DNA of 64,000 bases from Lingula anatina (lineage: Eukaryota; Animalia; Brachiopoda): contig CM120641.1 in assembly GCA_051362555.1 (NCBI GenBank), positions 27,658,401-27,722,400 of the forward strand. The letters are read 5' to 3'. Every line of letters begins with the position of its first letter. Positions within the stretch are counted from its first letter, which is position 1. The notes below the pieces were generated by a model. That model was given only the letters and a program-made list of their open reading frames with translations, had not been told where the DNA came from and did not search any database. The position numbers and the translations under genes are program-made. This document shows positions 13,401 through 25,100 of this stretch, piece after piece.

Positions 13401-16400
13401 GTAAAGCTGGATCAAGTCCGTGTCAAAATTCTTTGAAACTTTGCAGGAAAAATCACTCTTCCTTTGTTTCTCTGGCTCCTTGTTTAGCCCGATGATCAGA
13501 TTTATCTAGTGCCCCCAGGTCTGCTGGAGGAGCTCTTTGAAATAACACACAAGTCGGACTTCAGATGGTAACTAGTATTGTTTACCTCAGTTCTGTGAAA
13601 GCAAACGAGAAGGGTGTCAGAACAATGGTGCATATATAAATTATACAGAGAATTTGTACATTCAGGTGACATTAACTTATAATCGAAGGGGATTTTCGAT
13701 AATATTCCTTGAAAAGTACACTAGATTAATAGAGAATAATATCATGGTTGGCCAAAAAATTATATACGCACAGTGTATCCGTGCGTATGCCTGGTTACGC
13801 CCCTGTCGCAAACCAGCAAACCATATCCTGCTGACTACATGAAAATTGCCACCTAGCATGGACAAAAAGTCCAAGCTTCTATGCTTGCTCGGATCGCTGA
13901 CGATCTCTTGCTGACGAATATAGTAACGAAGTCCCTTGAACTAGTGTGGAAATTGGCTTATTGTCGCGCTCAGATCGCTCACTATCTCCCATTGACGATC
14001 TTCCAGTCCCTTGAACGAATATAAAAACTGCCTTTTCGGTTTACTCTAGATTACCTCGCGTTTGTTTGAAGATGGTTTCAATGACAAAACGTACACGCTT
14101 TTCAAATGCGTACATTGACGCAACTATGCGCCAGGAAATTAGTTGCTGCTGCTGGTTAAGATTGGGTTGCCTGAGCGAAAAAAAAAAAAAACGGCCCTGC
14201 ACCCCCCCCCCCCCCCCCAAACCTAGTATATTTGATCGCAGACAACAATCAGCGGTCATCTTGGTCGCAGCGCACGACGGAGAGAGACCGTAATACACAG
14301 TAATACACAGTTCGGCGAAGGCTACCTGTGCGCCGCACATACCGATCTGCGGTCGTAGTAGCCTTCCTGCACGGAGGAGAGGCCGTAGTGCCGAGGCCGG
14401 CTTCTGCAGGGAAGGCTACGTATGCGTCGGAGAAACCGACCCGCGAACGGCGAGATGAGGACGAATTCGCGCGTAAAGCTCCGCCCGACTTTAACGGTAA
14501 AGGCAACGAACCTGGTCGCGGAAGACACTTATCGCAGATGAAGGCTACCTGCACGTGCGCCATAGACACTGATCGGCTGTCTTCTCAGTTTCAGTGCACG
14601 GAAAGGAGCAACGGTAACACTAAGCTTCCATAGTAAAGGTTATCTGGCCGTGGCAGACGCTAATCGTCGGCCGTCTCTCCCTCCGTCCACTCCCGTTCTG
14701 AGCGCCAGGATCGTTTTTGAAAAACGACACTAGTTTCTGGCTGCCAGAATCGCTTTTGAAAAACGACACTACTGATAACGATGCTGTTTTGCGGCCCTAG
14801 ACAACAGTACCGCTCTATCTATGGGCCATACACAGTGATCGGGTGAAAGTACGTGTATACCTTTGGTCGCAATTACCGACACTCACACAATCATACATTA
14901 TGGTAACTCTAAATAGATCGTCGGGAGAAGGCCTAGCGACGAACAGACAACTTCCGGTCAAAATTGACAGAATTCCATGAAATTCGAACTTTTGGAAGTT
15001 CTGAGCACCTCCATTTCATGAATTTCGGCCAGAACGATCTTTTCCCAAATTTAATTATTTTCTACTGTTCGAAATTCATGGCACATTACCGTATGCTTCA
15101 CTGCATAGTCAACATCAAATTATAATTATACACAACAGGTTATACTGATGAAAGTAAAAGCATAAGGATTCAGGCCCATGAGAGTTAAAGTTCATACTTA
15201 GAAAATGCCAGAATGAGAAATCTAAAATTTCACAAAAAATGCGTAATTACAATAACAAATGATAATCCAATAGAGCTGGTTTTCTAGAGCTGGATGTCAA
15301 TCTTAAAAATCATTCCTGTAAAAATAGTAACGGGTCATTCCATATCAACTCATCCAGCGAGGGTTCCCTCCATCAAGAAACTTGCTGATTTTCACATATT
15401 TTGTAGATATTATGGGGACTAGAAAAAACCTAAAATTTTAGATTGATATCTCGACTGGTTTCAGAGTTATGACGCTCCAAAGTTGGGCCCAGCTGAGGGC
15501 TTGCTGTGCCTCACATGAATCTAGGTCATGGTGACCTAGTTAAGCAAAACAATATAACAACAGTTCTAAATATAACATTGCTTTGTAGCTTTCATGACTT
15601 TATAGTTTAACATTTCAGGAATCCAACTATCATACTGATAATGATCTGGCATATTTTAAATGCATTTAATTTTTACTTTGAAAAGTCCTTGTCATTTTTT
15701 CAAAATGAAAGATACCCCACCCATTTGGTTACATGCCTATACGTCCCCGCACCGATACTCCCCCGCACCAGTACATCCCTGCACCAATACTTCCCTGCAC
15801 TGATACTCCCCCCACAATTACAGATATACTGAGGGGGAGTATCTGTGCGGGGAAGTACCGGTGCAGGAATCTATGGGTGTGGGGTTGTATTGATGCGCAT
15901 AATACAAAAAATTACTAAGGAGGATTATCTGTGCGAAGGAGTATCAGTGCGGGGGAGTAACGGTGCGGGGGAGTATCAACATGACCCCACTCATTTAAAC
16001 TAATTTTTCTCAATGTCTCCAAATGGACAGGTGTTTTTGATTCATCTCATTTAAAAGAGGAGACTTTGAACTTAAAAGTGAAAGTGTTAAATCAATTTGT
16101 ATATTTTGGAGACAAAAGTAATAATGCATTATAAGAAAATATGTGATATGGTCTATTGCATAGTCACTGAAGCAGAACTATATACTATCAAACACCCAAA
16201 TTTAGAAATATCTACAATAGTTTACATATTATCTTTCAGAATAAATTTCCTATGATGTTGTTATACTGTAAGATATTATTTTTGGTGTAAATGAAATTAT
16301 TTTATACAGTTATTCTTTAATTGTTGACATCCCAGCTACAGACTAGTTTTCAAGTCTCCATGCAGATACCAGCATGTTGTGTTATGTCATTTCAAAAATA

Positions 16401-19052
16401 CTTACAGCTAAAGAAATAGCCATATCATGCATCTGCCCAAAAACTTGGTTTTATTATAATGTTTATGTTTTTTATTTTTGTAGGTCAGAAAAGTTACGTT
16501 TAGCATCCAAACCCAATATAGAGGTACAAATAATGTCACAGGCATGCTGTCAAAAAATATTCAATGCTTGGATTAGAAACTCAGTTTGGTAATTTTTATG
16601 GTCCCACATGAAGAAAAGTTTGTATCTAAGTTTCACCATCCTGAAACCACTTGAATGAAAATTAATCCATGGTCTAACCCTAATGTTACAGTCACAAATG
16701 AAAAACTTCCTAACTGTGAAATTTGAAAATTTAATCAGTGCTGATTTTCTTTTTTTAATCTATTTTTTACAATTCTTTACCTGATAGATCTATATTGCAC
16801 ATGCCGTATCAGACAAGTTAGGTGAATTACAGTAAATCTCACAACATTTTCTAAAAATTTAGAAAATGTAACTAGCACAGGGTTTATGCCCAGGGCAATT
16901 TAAACTCATACCTGGAAAATATTTCATGCAAAATAATCTGAACAGTATCTGTTTTTTAGTCTAATGAATCTGATACGGTGAAGAATATTTTTTGCTGAAT
17001 GGAGCATACCATGTTCCTAAGGTTGTATGTTATCACAACTGGAATTTAATCCTCTTTTGTATTATCTTATTTCAGTGTTTTTCTTAGTTCAGATATCAGA
17101 ATATTTTTAGCTTGTTGAAAGCTCACTTAGCTGATGTTTTCTAGATACATAATTTTGTCTCCTAAAATTACATTTTTGATTCCTGTAATTTTTGATTCAC
17201 TGTTTTTCTGAGTAAAAATATTTTAAGTCCTGAAATCTTTGCTTCCCTACGTTTTTGTCAGTAACAATATTCACGGTTAGATCAATTTCAGAATTACTAA
17301 ATAATCTTAATCTTTATGTTTATAAATTAAATGTATAATGAATTTAAAAATATGAAGCACAAGCATGACAACATTTGGTAAATAAAGGGCCTATATTCAT
17401 GTCAAATTATGTAGCTGTCTTAACATTAAAGAACAAGGCAGCAAAGCTGTCAAATGTACAGACAAAAAACAGAAAATAAAGATGCAAAATAGGTCATTTT
17501 GTCAATTTTGATGCAATAATAAATAATGCTTATAATAGCACTGTCAGTCAACACTGAATTTTAATCATGCACAACAGGTAAAATGGTCAATAACATGAGC
17601 GGACCCAGAGATATTTTCTGACAGTATTCCAAAGTATCTATTTTGATCCATCCTCCATTTTGATGGTCTTCCAACAGAAGAAAAAATAGATACCAGGCAA
17701 TAAAAACTTAATAACCTGACTGTCTTCCGGAAGACCCAGAAGATGGTCTCAATCTACCCTTTCAATAAGATTACAGTTTCAGGACCATGAGTTTAAATTC
17801 ACATGATGAAAGTCTCAATATTTGAAACAAGGCAGCAAAGCTGTCAAATGTACAGACAAAAAACAGAAAATAAAGATGCAAAATAGGTCATTTTGTCAAT
17901 TTTGATGCAATAATAAATAATGCTTATAATAGCACTGTCAGTCAACACTGAATTTTAATCATGCACAACAGGTAAAATGGTCAATAACATGAGCGGACCC
18001 AGAGATATTTTCTGACAGTATTCCAAAGTATCTATTTTGATCCATCCTCCATTTTGATGGTCTTCCAACAGAAGAAAAAATAGATACCAGGCAATAAAAA
18101 CTTAATAACCTGACTGTCTTCCGGAAGACCCAGAAGATGGTCTCAATCTACCCTTTCAATAAGATTACAGTTTCAGGACCATGAGTTTAAATTCACATGA
18201 TGAAAGTCTCAATATTTGAAACAAGGCAGCAAAGCTGTCAAATGTACAGACAAAAAACAGAAAATAAAGATGCAAAAAAGGTCATTTTGTCAATTTTGAT
18301 GCAATAATAAATAATGCTTATAATAGCACTATCAGTCAACATTGAATTTTAATCATGCACAACAGGTAACATGGTCAATAACAGGAGCGGACCCTGAGAT
18401 ATTTTCTGACAGTATTCCAAAGTATCTATGTTGATCCATCCTCCATTTTGATGGTCTTCCAACAGAAAAAAAAGATACCAGTCAATATAAACTTAATAAC
18501 CTGACTGTCTTCCGGAAGACCGAGAAGATGGTCTCAATCCACCCCTTAAATAAGATTACAGTTTCAGGACCATGAGAGACCAAAGTCACATGATGAAAGT
18601 CTCAATATTTGAAAAATGATGATAGTGCATAAAATAATATTACATTTTATAACATTATTATGTTTATTTAAAGACATAAAAAACAACTGCTTATGTGGAA
18701 ATACAGAAAATGTGCAGAGCCTCAGGTGGATGAGAGTTAAAAGTCACAAATGCAGTGTTTGAGAAAAAATTATAAAGGAAACATAACAAAACTAGAAAAG
18801 CACTCCGAGAGTGCAGACCTCTGCCAAGGCAGCAATTGTTGATTATTATTGATTGATTATTGAGCCAGACCACCACCAAAAACTAATCATTGTCCTCTTT
18901 GACCCACTTCTGACAGTTCCTGAAAATTTCAGCAAAATCGGTCCATAACTTTTGAGTTATGTTGATGACAGACAAACTATAACCTCCTAGGCAGAGCCTG
19001 GGGTAAATATAATTCCAATGAAGCTGCTATTCAAACTTTTAATCTTCAAGTT

Positions 19053-19139
<87 letters not shown>

Positions 19140-22100
19140 CCTGCATAATTTACCTGTATAATTATCACTGCTTCCTTTTATTTATCTAGCAGAGAGCTTA
19201 ACCTTTGGCAGTTTACAGGGAAATATCAACAAGTGTGCTTTATGTAATCTCATTTAATGGCCTATTAATTAGGCAAATGATTTTATAACTTAGCTAAGTG
19301 ATACCCAAGGGAAATTTATAGACTGACCCTCTCAAAGGTCTTTCAGGCCCATAAGTCACATCTTAAGAAAAGGACAAAACAATAATGCACAAAATAGGTG
19401 GCTACCAATTCTGATGCAATAATACATTATGTTTAACTGCACAGTCAACATCAAATTTTAATTATGCACAACAGGTAACACCAACAAAAGTAAAAGCATA
19501 AGGCTTCAGGCCCATCAAAGTTCAAGTTTATACTTAGAAAGTGCCAGAATGAGAAAAATGAAATTTTCACACAAAATTGCATAAATTCAATAATAAATGA
19601 TAACCCAATTGACCTGGCTTTCTAATTTGAACTACATGCCAATCCTAAAAATCATACTTGTAAGTTAAAAATAATAATAAGTTACACAGTTTTCTTTTCA
19701 TAATGTTTGCAGTAGCAGTGCAAAAAAATTGTTGTCAATTTTGATGTACCATTACATAATAAATTACAGAATAATTGTCACCAATTTTTGATTATTGACT
19801 ATAAATAGCATGGACATGTAGAAAATTTGATTACCATCCGACTTCATGTCTATGGGAGCTCCGAGTCCCACAATGAATATGCCAAAGAGATAATAAATAT
19901 TTCACTCAAATGTATAACTTCCAGAAAAAGAAGCCAATAAGACTGCTTTTCCAACTCAGGCTGCATTTTAGTCCAGTGTTCCTTTTTTAAAGGTTTGACA
20001 GTCATAAGTAACACGGTTTTCCCATAATGGTCATCATGGCAGCAGCACCAAAAATTGTGTTTTCTTCTATTTTGATGCAACATTACATAATGCTTAACAG
20101 CATAATGACCATCAATTTTTAATAATAGAATATTAGTAACATGGACATTCAGAAAATGTGACAAGCAAAGGTCTTCAGGATCATGGAACTTCAAAGTCAC
20201 ACCTTGAAAATGCTAATAAGTGAAAAATTAAATTATCACAAAAAACTGTTTAATTGCCAGAAAAAATTACCAAACAGACTGCATTGTCTACTGAAGCTGT
20301 ATTTTAGACCCATGTTTCTTTCCTGTAAGTTTGAGAACAGTAAGTGACATGATTTTCCTTAAATAGTCATCATGGGAGCAGTGCCCAAAATAGGGGTTTC
20401 TTCAAATTTTGATGCAACATTACATTATGTTTAACAGCATGATGACCATCAATTTTTAATAATAGAATATTAGTAACATGGGCATTTAGAAAACGTGACA
20501 AGCAAAGGTCTTCAGGATCATGGAACTTCAAAGTCACACCTTGAAAATGCCAATATGTGAAAAATTAAATTTTCACAAAAAACTGTTTAACTGCCAGAAA
20601 AAATTACCAAACAGACTGCATTGCCTACTGGAGCTGTATTTTAGTCCCATGTTTCTTTCCTGTAAGTTTGAGAACAGTAAGTGACATGATTTTCTTTAAA
20701 TGGTCATCATGGGAGCAGTGCCCAAAATAGGGGTTTCTTCAAATTTTGATGCAATATTACATAATGTTTAACAGCATAATGACCATTAATTTTTAATTAT
20801 AAAATATTAGTATCATGGACATTCAGAAAATGTGACTAGCAAAGGTCTTCAGGCCCATGGAACTTCAAAGTCACATCTTGAAAATGCCAAAATGTAAACA
20901 AGACAGCACTGTTCTGAAATGGGTTTATTTCCGTTTTTAACACTTTTTTAACATAAAACAAAATAAACATTTTACTGCCATTTTTTATGACCAACTAAGA
21001 AAATTGATGAGATGAGAAAAGTATCAATAGAACAGTGTTAAATGTCCAATTTCCTCCATTCTGAGATTCTGAACATAGTGGATGATTGAATCTGACAAAC
21101 TGCAATGATATGAGTTTATTTCCGTTTTTGACACTTGATTACACAATACATGATAACAAGTTTACCATCATTTTTACATAATCAACTAACAATGTTGTAA
21201 AGATGCAGGAAATGTCAAACAAACACTTTTACGTATCTTATTACTTAGATAATAAGGCTATTAACATGCCTAAGAATTAAATCTGAGGAAATCTGAGGAA
21301 ATGTGAAAAAACAGCATAACTTCTAAAATAATGCCCCGATTATGCTGATTTTTGAATTCAACCTGTGTTTTAGTAAGACTGACCATTCCTGTGAGTTTAA
21401 TGACAATTGGGCTTTCTGTTTTTCTTATATTGTGTTTACAGTGTTGCATATATGCTGAACAATTTAAAAAACGCATAACTACTAAAATAGTGGCCCGATC
21501 ATGCTGATTTTCGAACTTGACCTGCGTTTTAGTAAGATTGATTACTCCTGTGAGTTTCATGACAACAGGCCTAACAGTTTTCCTTAAAATGTGTTTACAA
21601 GGTTGCACATATGCTGAAAAGTGAAAAAACAGCATAACTTCTACAATAATGGCCCGATCATGCTGATTTTCGAACTTGACCTGCATTTTATGAATATTCA
21701 TCAGCTCTGTAAATATAAAGCCAAAAAGTGAAACTGCCTTCCACTTATCGTGTTTACAAGGAAAGTGCACGGCGCCGGCGACGGCATCGGCATCGGCATT
21801 GGCATCGGCGACGACAGACGCAGGTGATGGCAATATGTACAGACACATCTGTGTCTGTACATAAAAAATTGAAAATATACACTAGGTACATGTAGCCCCC
21901 AACATTAAGATGTAAGATTTAGTCCTTAGTCTGTTCCCATCATCTTAAATCTTGGCCTTTTCATCACCAACTTCAATCTTGGCCTTTTCAAGTCCTACAT
22001 TGTTTAATTTGAGAATTTCCTTGATGAAATGATACGCCCATGGCTTGCTATTAAATTGGCTGATGAAACTTTATGCCACATGATGTGATAAAAAGGTGCA

Positions 22101-25100
22101 TTGTCTGTTAGTGCCTAGTATTACTGCCATCCCATGATATGCAAATGAAGGCATTTACCACATCATATATAAATAAGTTTTAATCCAATGCAACTTGTTA
22201 TTGCACAATTAAAAGACAAACTTAACACAGAAGGATGTTGTGGAAATTCTGCTTTTGTGCTATTGTTACTGCCTTCCTGACAAGTGTGAACTTCTGTTTC
22301 ACTTGTGATGCTAGCCAGGTAAGTCAGCATGAATTGAATTTACTGATATAACAAAAGGCCTATGTTCATATGAGAGTTTGGGTTTATGGGTTTCCTTCAC
22401 AGGCCTACCCAACTACCAGACTCAGCACCGAATGATCCTGAATTTACTGGTATATCGCACCACACTACCCGTTTTCAAGGTGTCTGTCAGTACACGCTTC
22501 GAAGTATCACTTATTGCGTTCACTTTTTGGGCAAAAAATCCCACTAACATTTAGTTGACAAAATTATATTTCACAAAAAATGTAAAGGTCACTTATCTTA
22601 TAATTTTAAAAGGGACTTTGACTAACTTATCTTGACTTTTAACTAGTTAAAATTTCTATGAGGAAATTGAAAGTACCCACAACGTTTATTGAGTCAGATT
22701 GTTATCAAAATCATTTTGTAGTTTGTACTGGAATTTTCAAACATTTTCATAACAAGCTGCTGCTCATATAATTATATAGTGAATATATAATTCACAAAGA
22801 TATGCTTTAATATTTCAACATAGAAATAAAAGTGAATAATTTTTAAAACCTTAAACTTCATATGTGCATTTTTGACCTGACAGGACATTAGAAACCTCCA
22901 TAAACAGTATGTGAAGACAATGGTGGAACCATTTTCAAGAGGGAAATACCGTAGGTATCTTCAACATTGGATTCAACATTTTCATAGGGGCGAGACAAAG
23001 GGGAGGGGGGGGGAGAAGGAATATTACCCACAGAAAAAAAATTTATAAAAAATGTTCAGATACCTAAATTGTTTAAAAGGAAAAGGTGAAGCAGATATTA
23101 GGAATCAAGAAAAACTGAACTCCTGATTAAAATCAATTTTAAAAAAATCGTCCCCTGCACCTAAAAAAAAATTGTCTTTATTCCTATAAATAACCATGTT
23201 CTGATATTATAAATGAATTTTGCTCCTAATTATTTGTCACAAAAGAAACATCAAATCCCTTAAGTCATTTTAAACTAAATTATCAAATTTAAAATTGAAT
23301 AAAACATGGAATCCAAGTGCAGACATAGGTCAAGCAATAATTGGTGATAAGGAGAAAATTGCCTTTTTTCCCTAGGAAAATTCATTTTGGTGGGATAATC
23401 CTGGAGTTGGCCTTTAAAAAACTTTATTCCTGTTTTTGATTGTCATTTGTTTTCTATTTATTATTTTTTCAGTTTTCTTCTAAAAAATTTCACCATTAAT
23501 TCATTGAAATTTAATTTAATTTCATATGTATAAAATTCCACACCTTTGTGAGTTCAAGAAAAGAAGACTCCACCTTTAAAATGAAGAGGTAAAATATCTC
23601 TGTTCAAATGACAATACTAAGAGTTTATGAGTCATGGTAATCTATTTGCTTTAATGACTTGAAAGTCTATTATACACCTTCCTTCATTGAATTTTTAAGT
23701 TCTACATAAGAACTATTATTTTAAGTTCCAGTTTTTCATGTCCGTTCATCTGAGGGCCATTACAAACTCTCCTTCAACCAAGCCAAACAAGCCTGCATTG
23801 AACATGGTGCCAAAGTTGCAACACCATACCAAATGCGTGCTGCATGGGAGGACGGGCTAGGTTTCTGCGCATGGGGTTGGGCATCTGATCAGAAAATCTA
23901 TCTCCCCACCCGTTATCCTTCAGATGGCTGTTATAGTCGAAGAGCCCTTACAACTTTGCCGAAAAATGCTAACTGGAAGTCAGACGTATATTGTTCGTGG
24001 TAACTTGAATGTGAACATACTACATGTATAACACATATTTGGCTGCCATTAATTGCTGAATAAATAGTAGAAGTAATAAATAATAGAAGCAAATATGTTT
24101 TTCACTGATTTTGCATTGCAGTTAGACCTAAGGCAGACCCCTAATTAAGATTTAATTTCTGGACCAATGGACACTGTATGAATAAAAATAGTTTTTGCTA
24201 TCGAACTGATGTAAGCCTAACCAAAGCAACTGAGAACAATAACTTCTTGACGTAGATTTTCACTAATAAGTGTCTATATTAAGTAACACACTTTGCATTT
24301 TATTTGCATTGATAATTGATGGCAGTGCACAAAATGTGCCGATTTTTTCCTTTTTTGTAGATTTTGATTTTGAGAGTTCAAATCCACACACTAAAAATCC
24401 CAATACATGAATAATGATGACAGTGCACAAAATAATATTACACTAGAAGATCTATCTGGATTTAGAAGCAGAAAAGAGTACACCAAATAAAGGCATAACT
24501 TCATCAAAACTGAACCCATCAAGCTGATTTTCAAACTAAACCTGTACTTTAGTAAGATTGATCACTCCTGTGAGTTGAAAAAAAAAAAGACATATCAGTT
24601 TTCCTTGAAATGTGTTTAACTTATCAGTGTTCCATGTATGCTGAAGAAAGAAAAAAAAATGCAGCATAACTTTTGTAAAAAAAAGTCAAAGCAAGCTGAT
24701 TTTTCAAACTAGACCTGTATTTTAGCAAGAATGATCACTCCTTTGAATTACAAGACAATAGGCTGATTGGTTTTCCTTGAAAAATGTTATCAGTATTGCA
24801 TGTATGTTGAAAAAAGTGAAAAAACACCATAACTCCGATAAAAATGGCTTGATCACACTGATTTTTTAACATGACCTGCGTTTAATAAATATTCATCAGT
24901 ATAAGTTTCAAGCCAAAAGGTACAATGGTTTTCCACTTATCGTGTAATCGGTGTTGCATATATACTGAAAAAAAAATGAAAAAAAAAACAGCATAACAGG
25001 TAAAAATGGCCTGATCATGCTGATTTTCGAACTTGATTCTGCCTATTATAAACATTCATCAGTTCTGTTAATTTCAAGCCAAAAAGTAAAATGGTTTTCT

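Larger units (their letters stand above)
11284..21863 (-). mobile_element. Non-autonomous Helentron/DINE-1-like (HINE) compound element, ~10.6 kb, with nested insertions
   Basis: 5' end (minus): T-run, perfect 13-bp hairpin TATGTACAGACAC-ATCT-GTGTCTGTACATA (21834-21863) and a GCCGAT/GTC microsatellite (~21770-21820). Central tandem arrays follow. 3' end: subTIR ATGTACAGACA (11306-11316), small stem-loop GGCAGC-AAA-GCTGTC and terminal CTTGTT. No TSD; inserted in a T-run. Confidence 0.75.

Noticed and set aside
14041-14633. Overlapping 68-106-aa ORFs in the GC-rich block of the TA-TSD transposon
   Set aside because: Open on both strands because of high GC content; no DDE, HTH or other recognisable motif.
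17432-18612. Regularly spaced repeats considered as a CRISPR array
   Set aside because: The whole 394-bp unit repeats with no unique spacers, the context is eukaryotic and there are no cas genes.
21270-21848. 192-aa minus-strand ORF with repeated [11 protein letters not shown] motifs
   Set aside because: It is a translation of the microsatellite and the ~159-bp tandem units of the HINE, with no recognisable domain.
22403-22449. Candidate extra exon for the Link gene after TTTCCTTCACAG
   Set aside because: In the phase required by exon 1 it reaches TGA after 10 codons, whereas exon 22884-22950 fits both phases.
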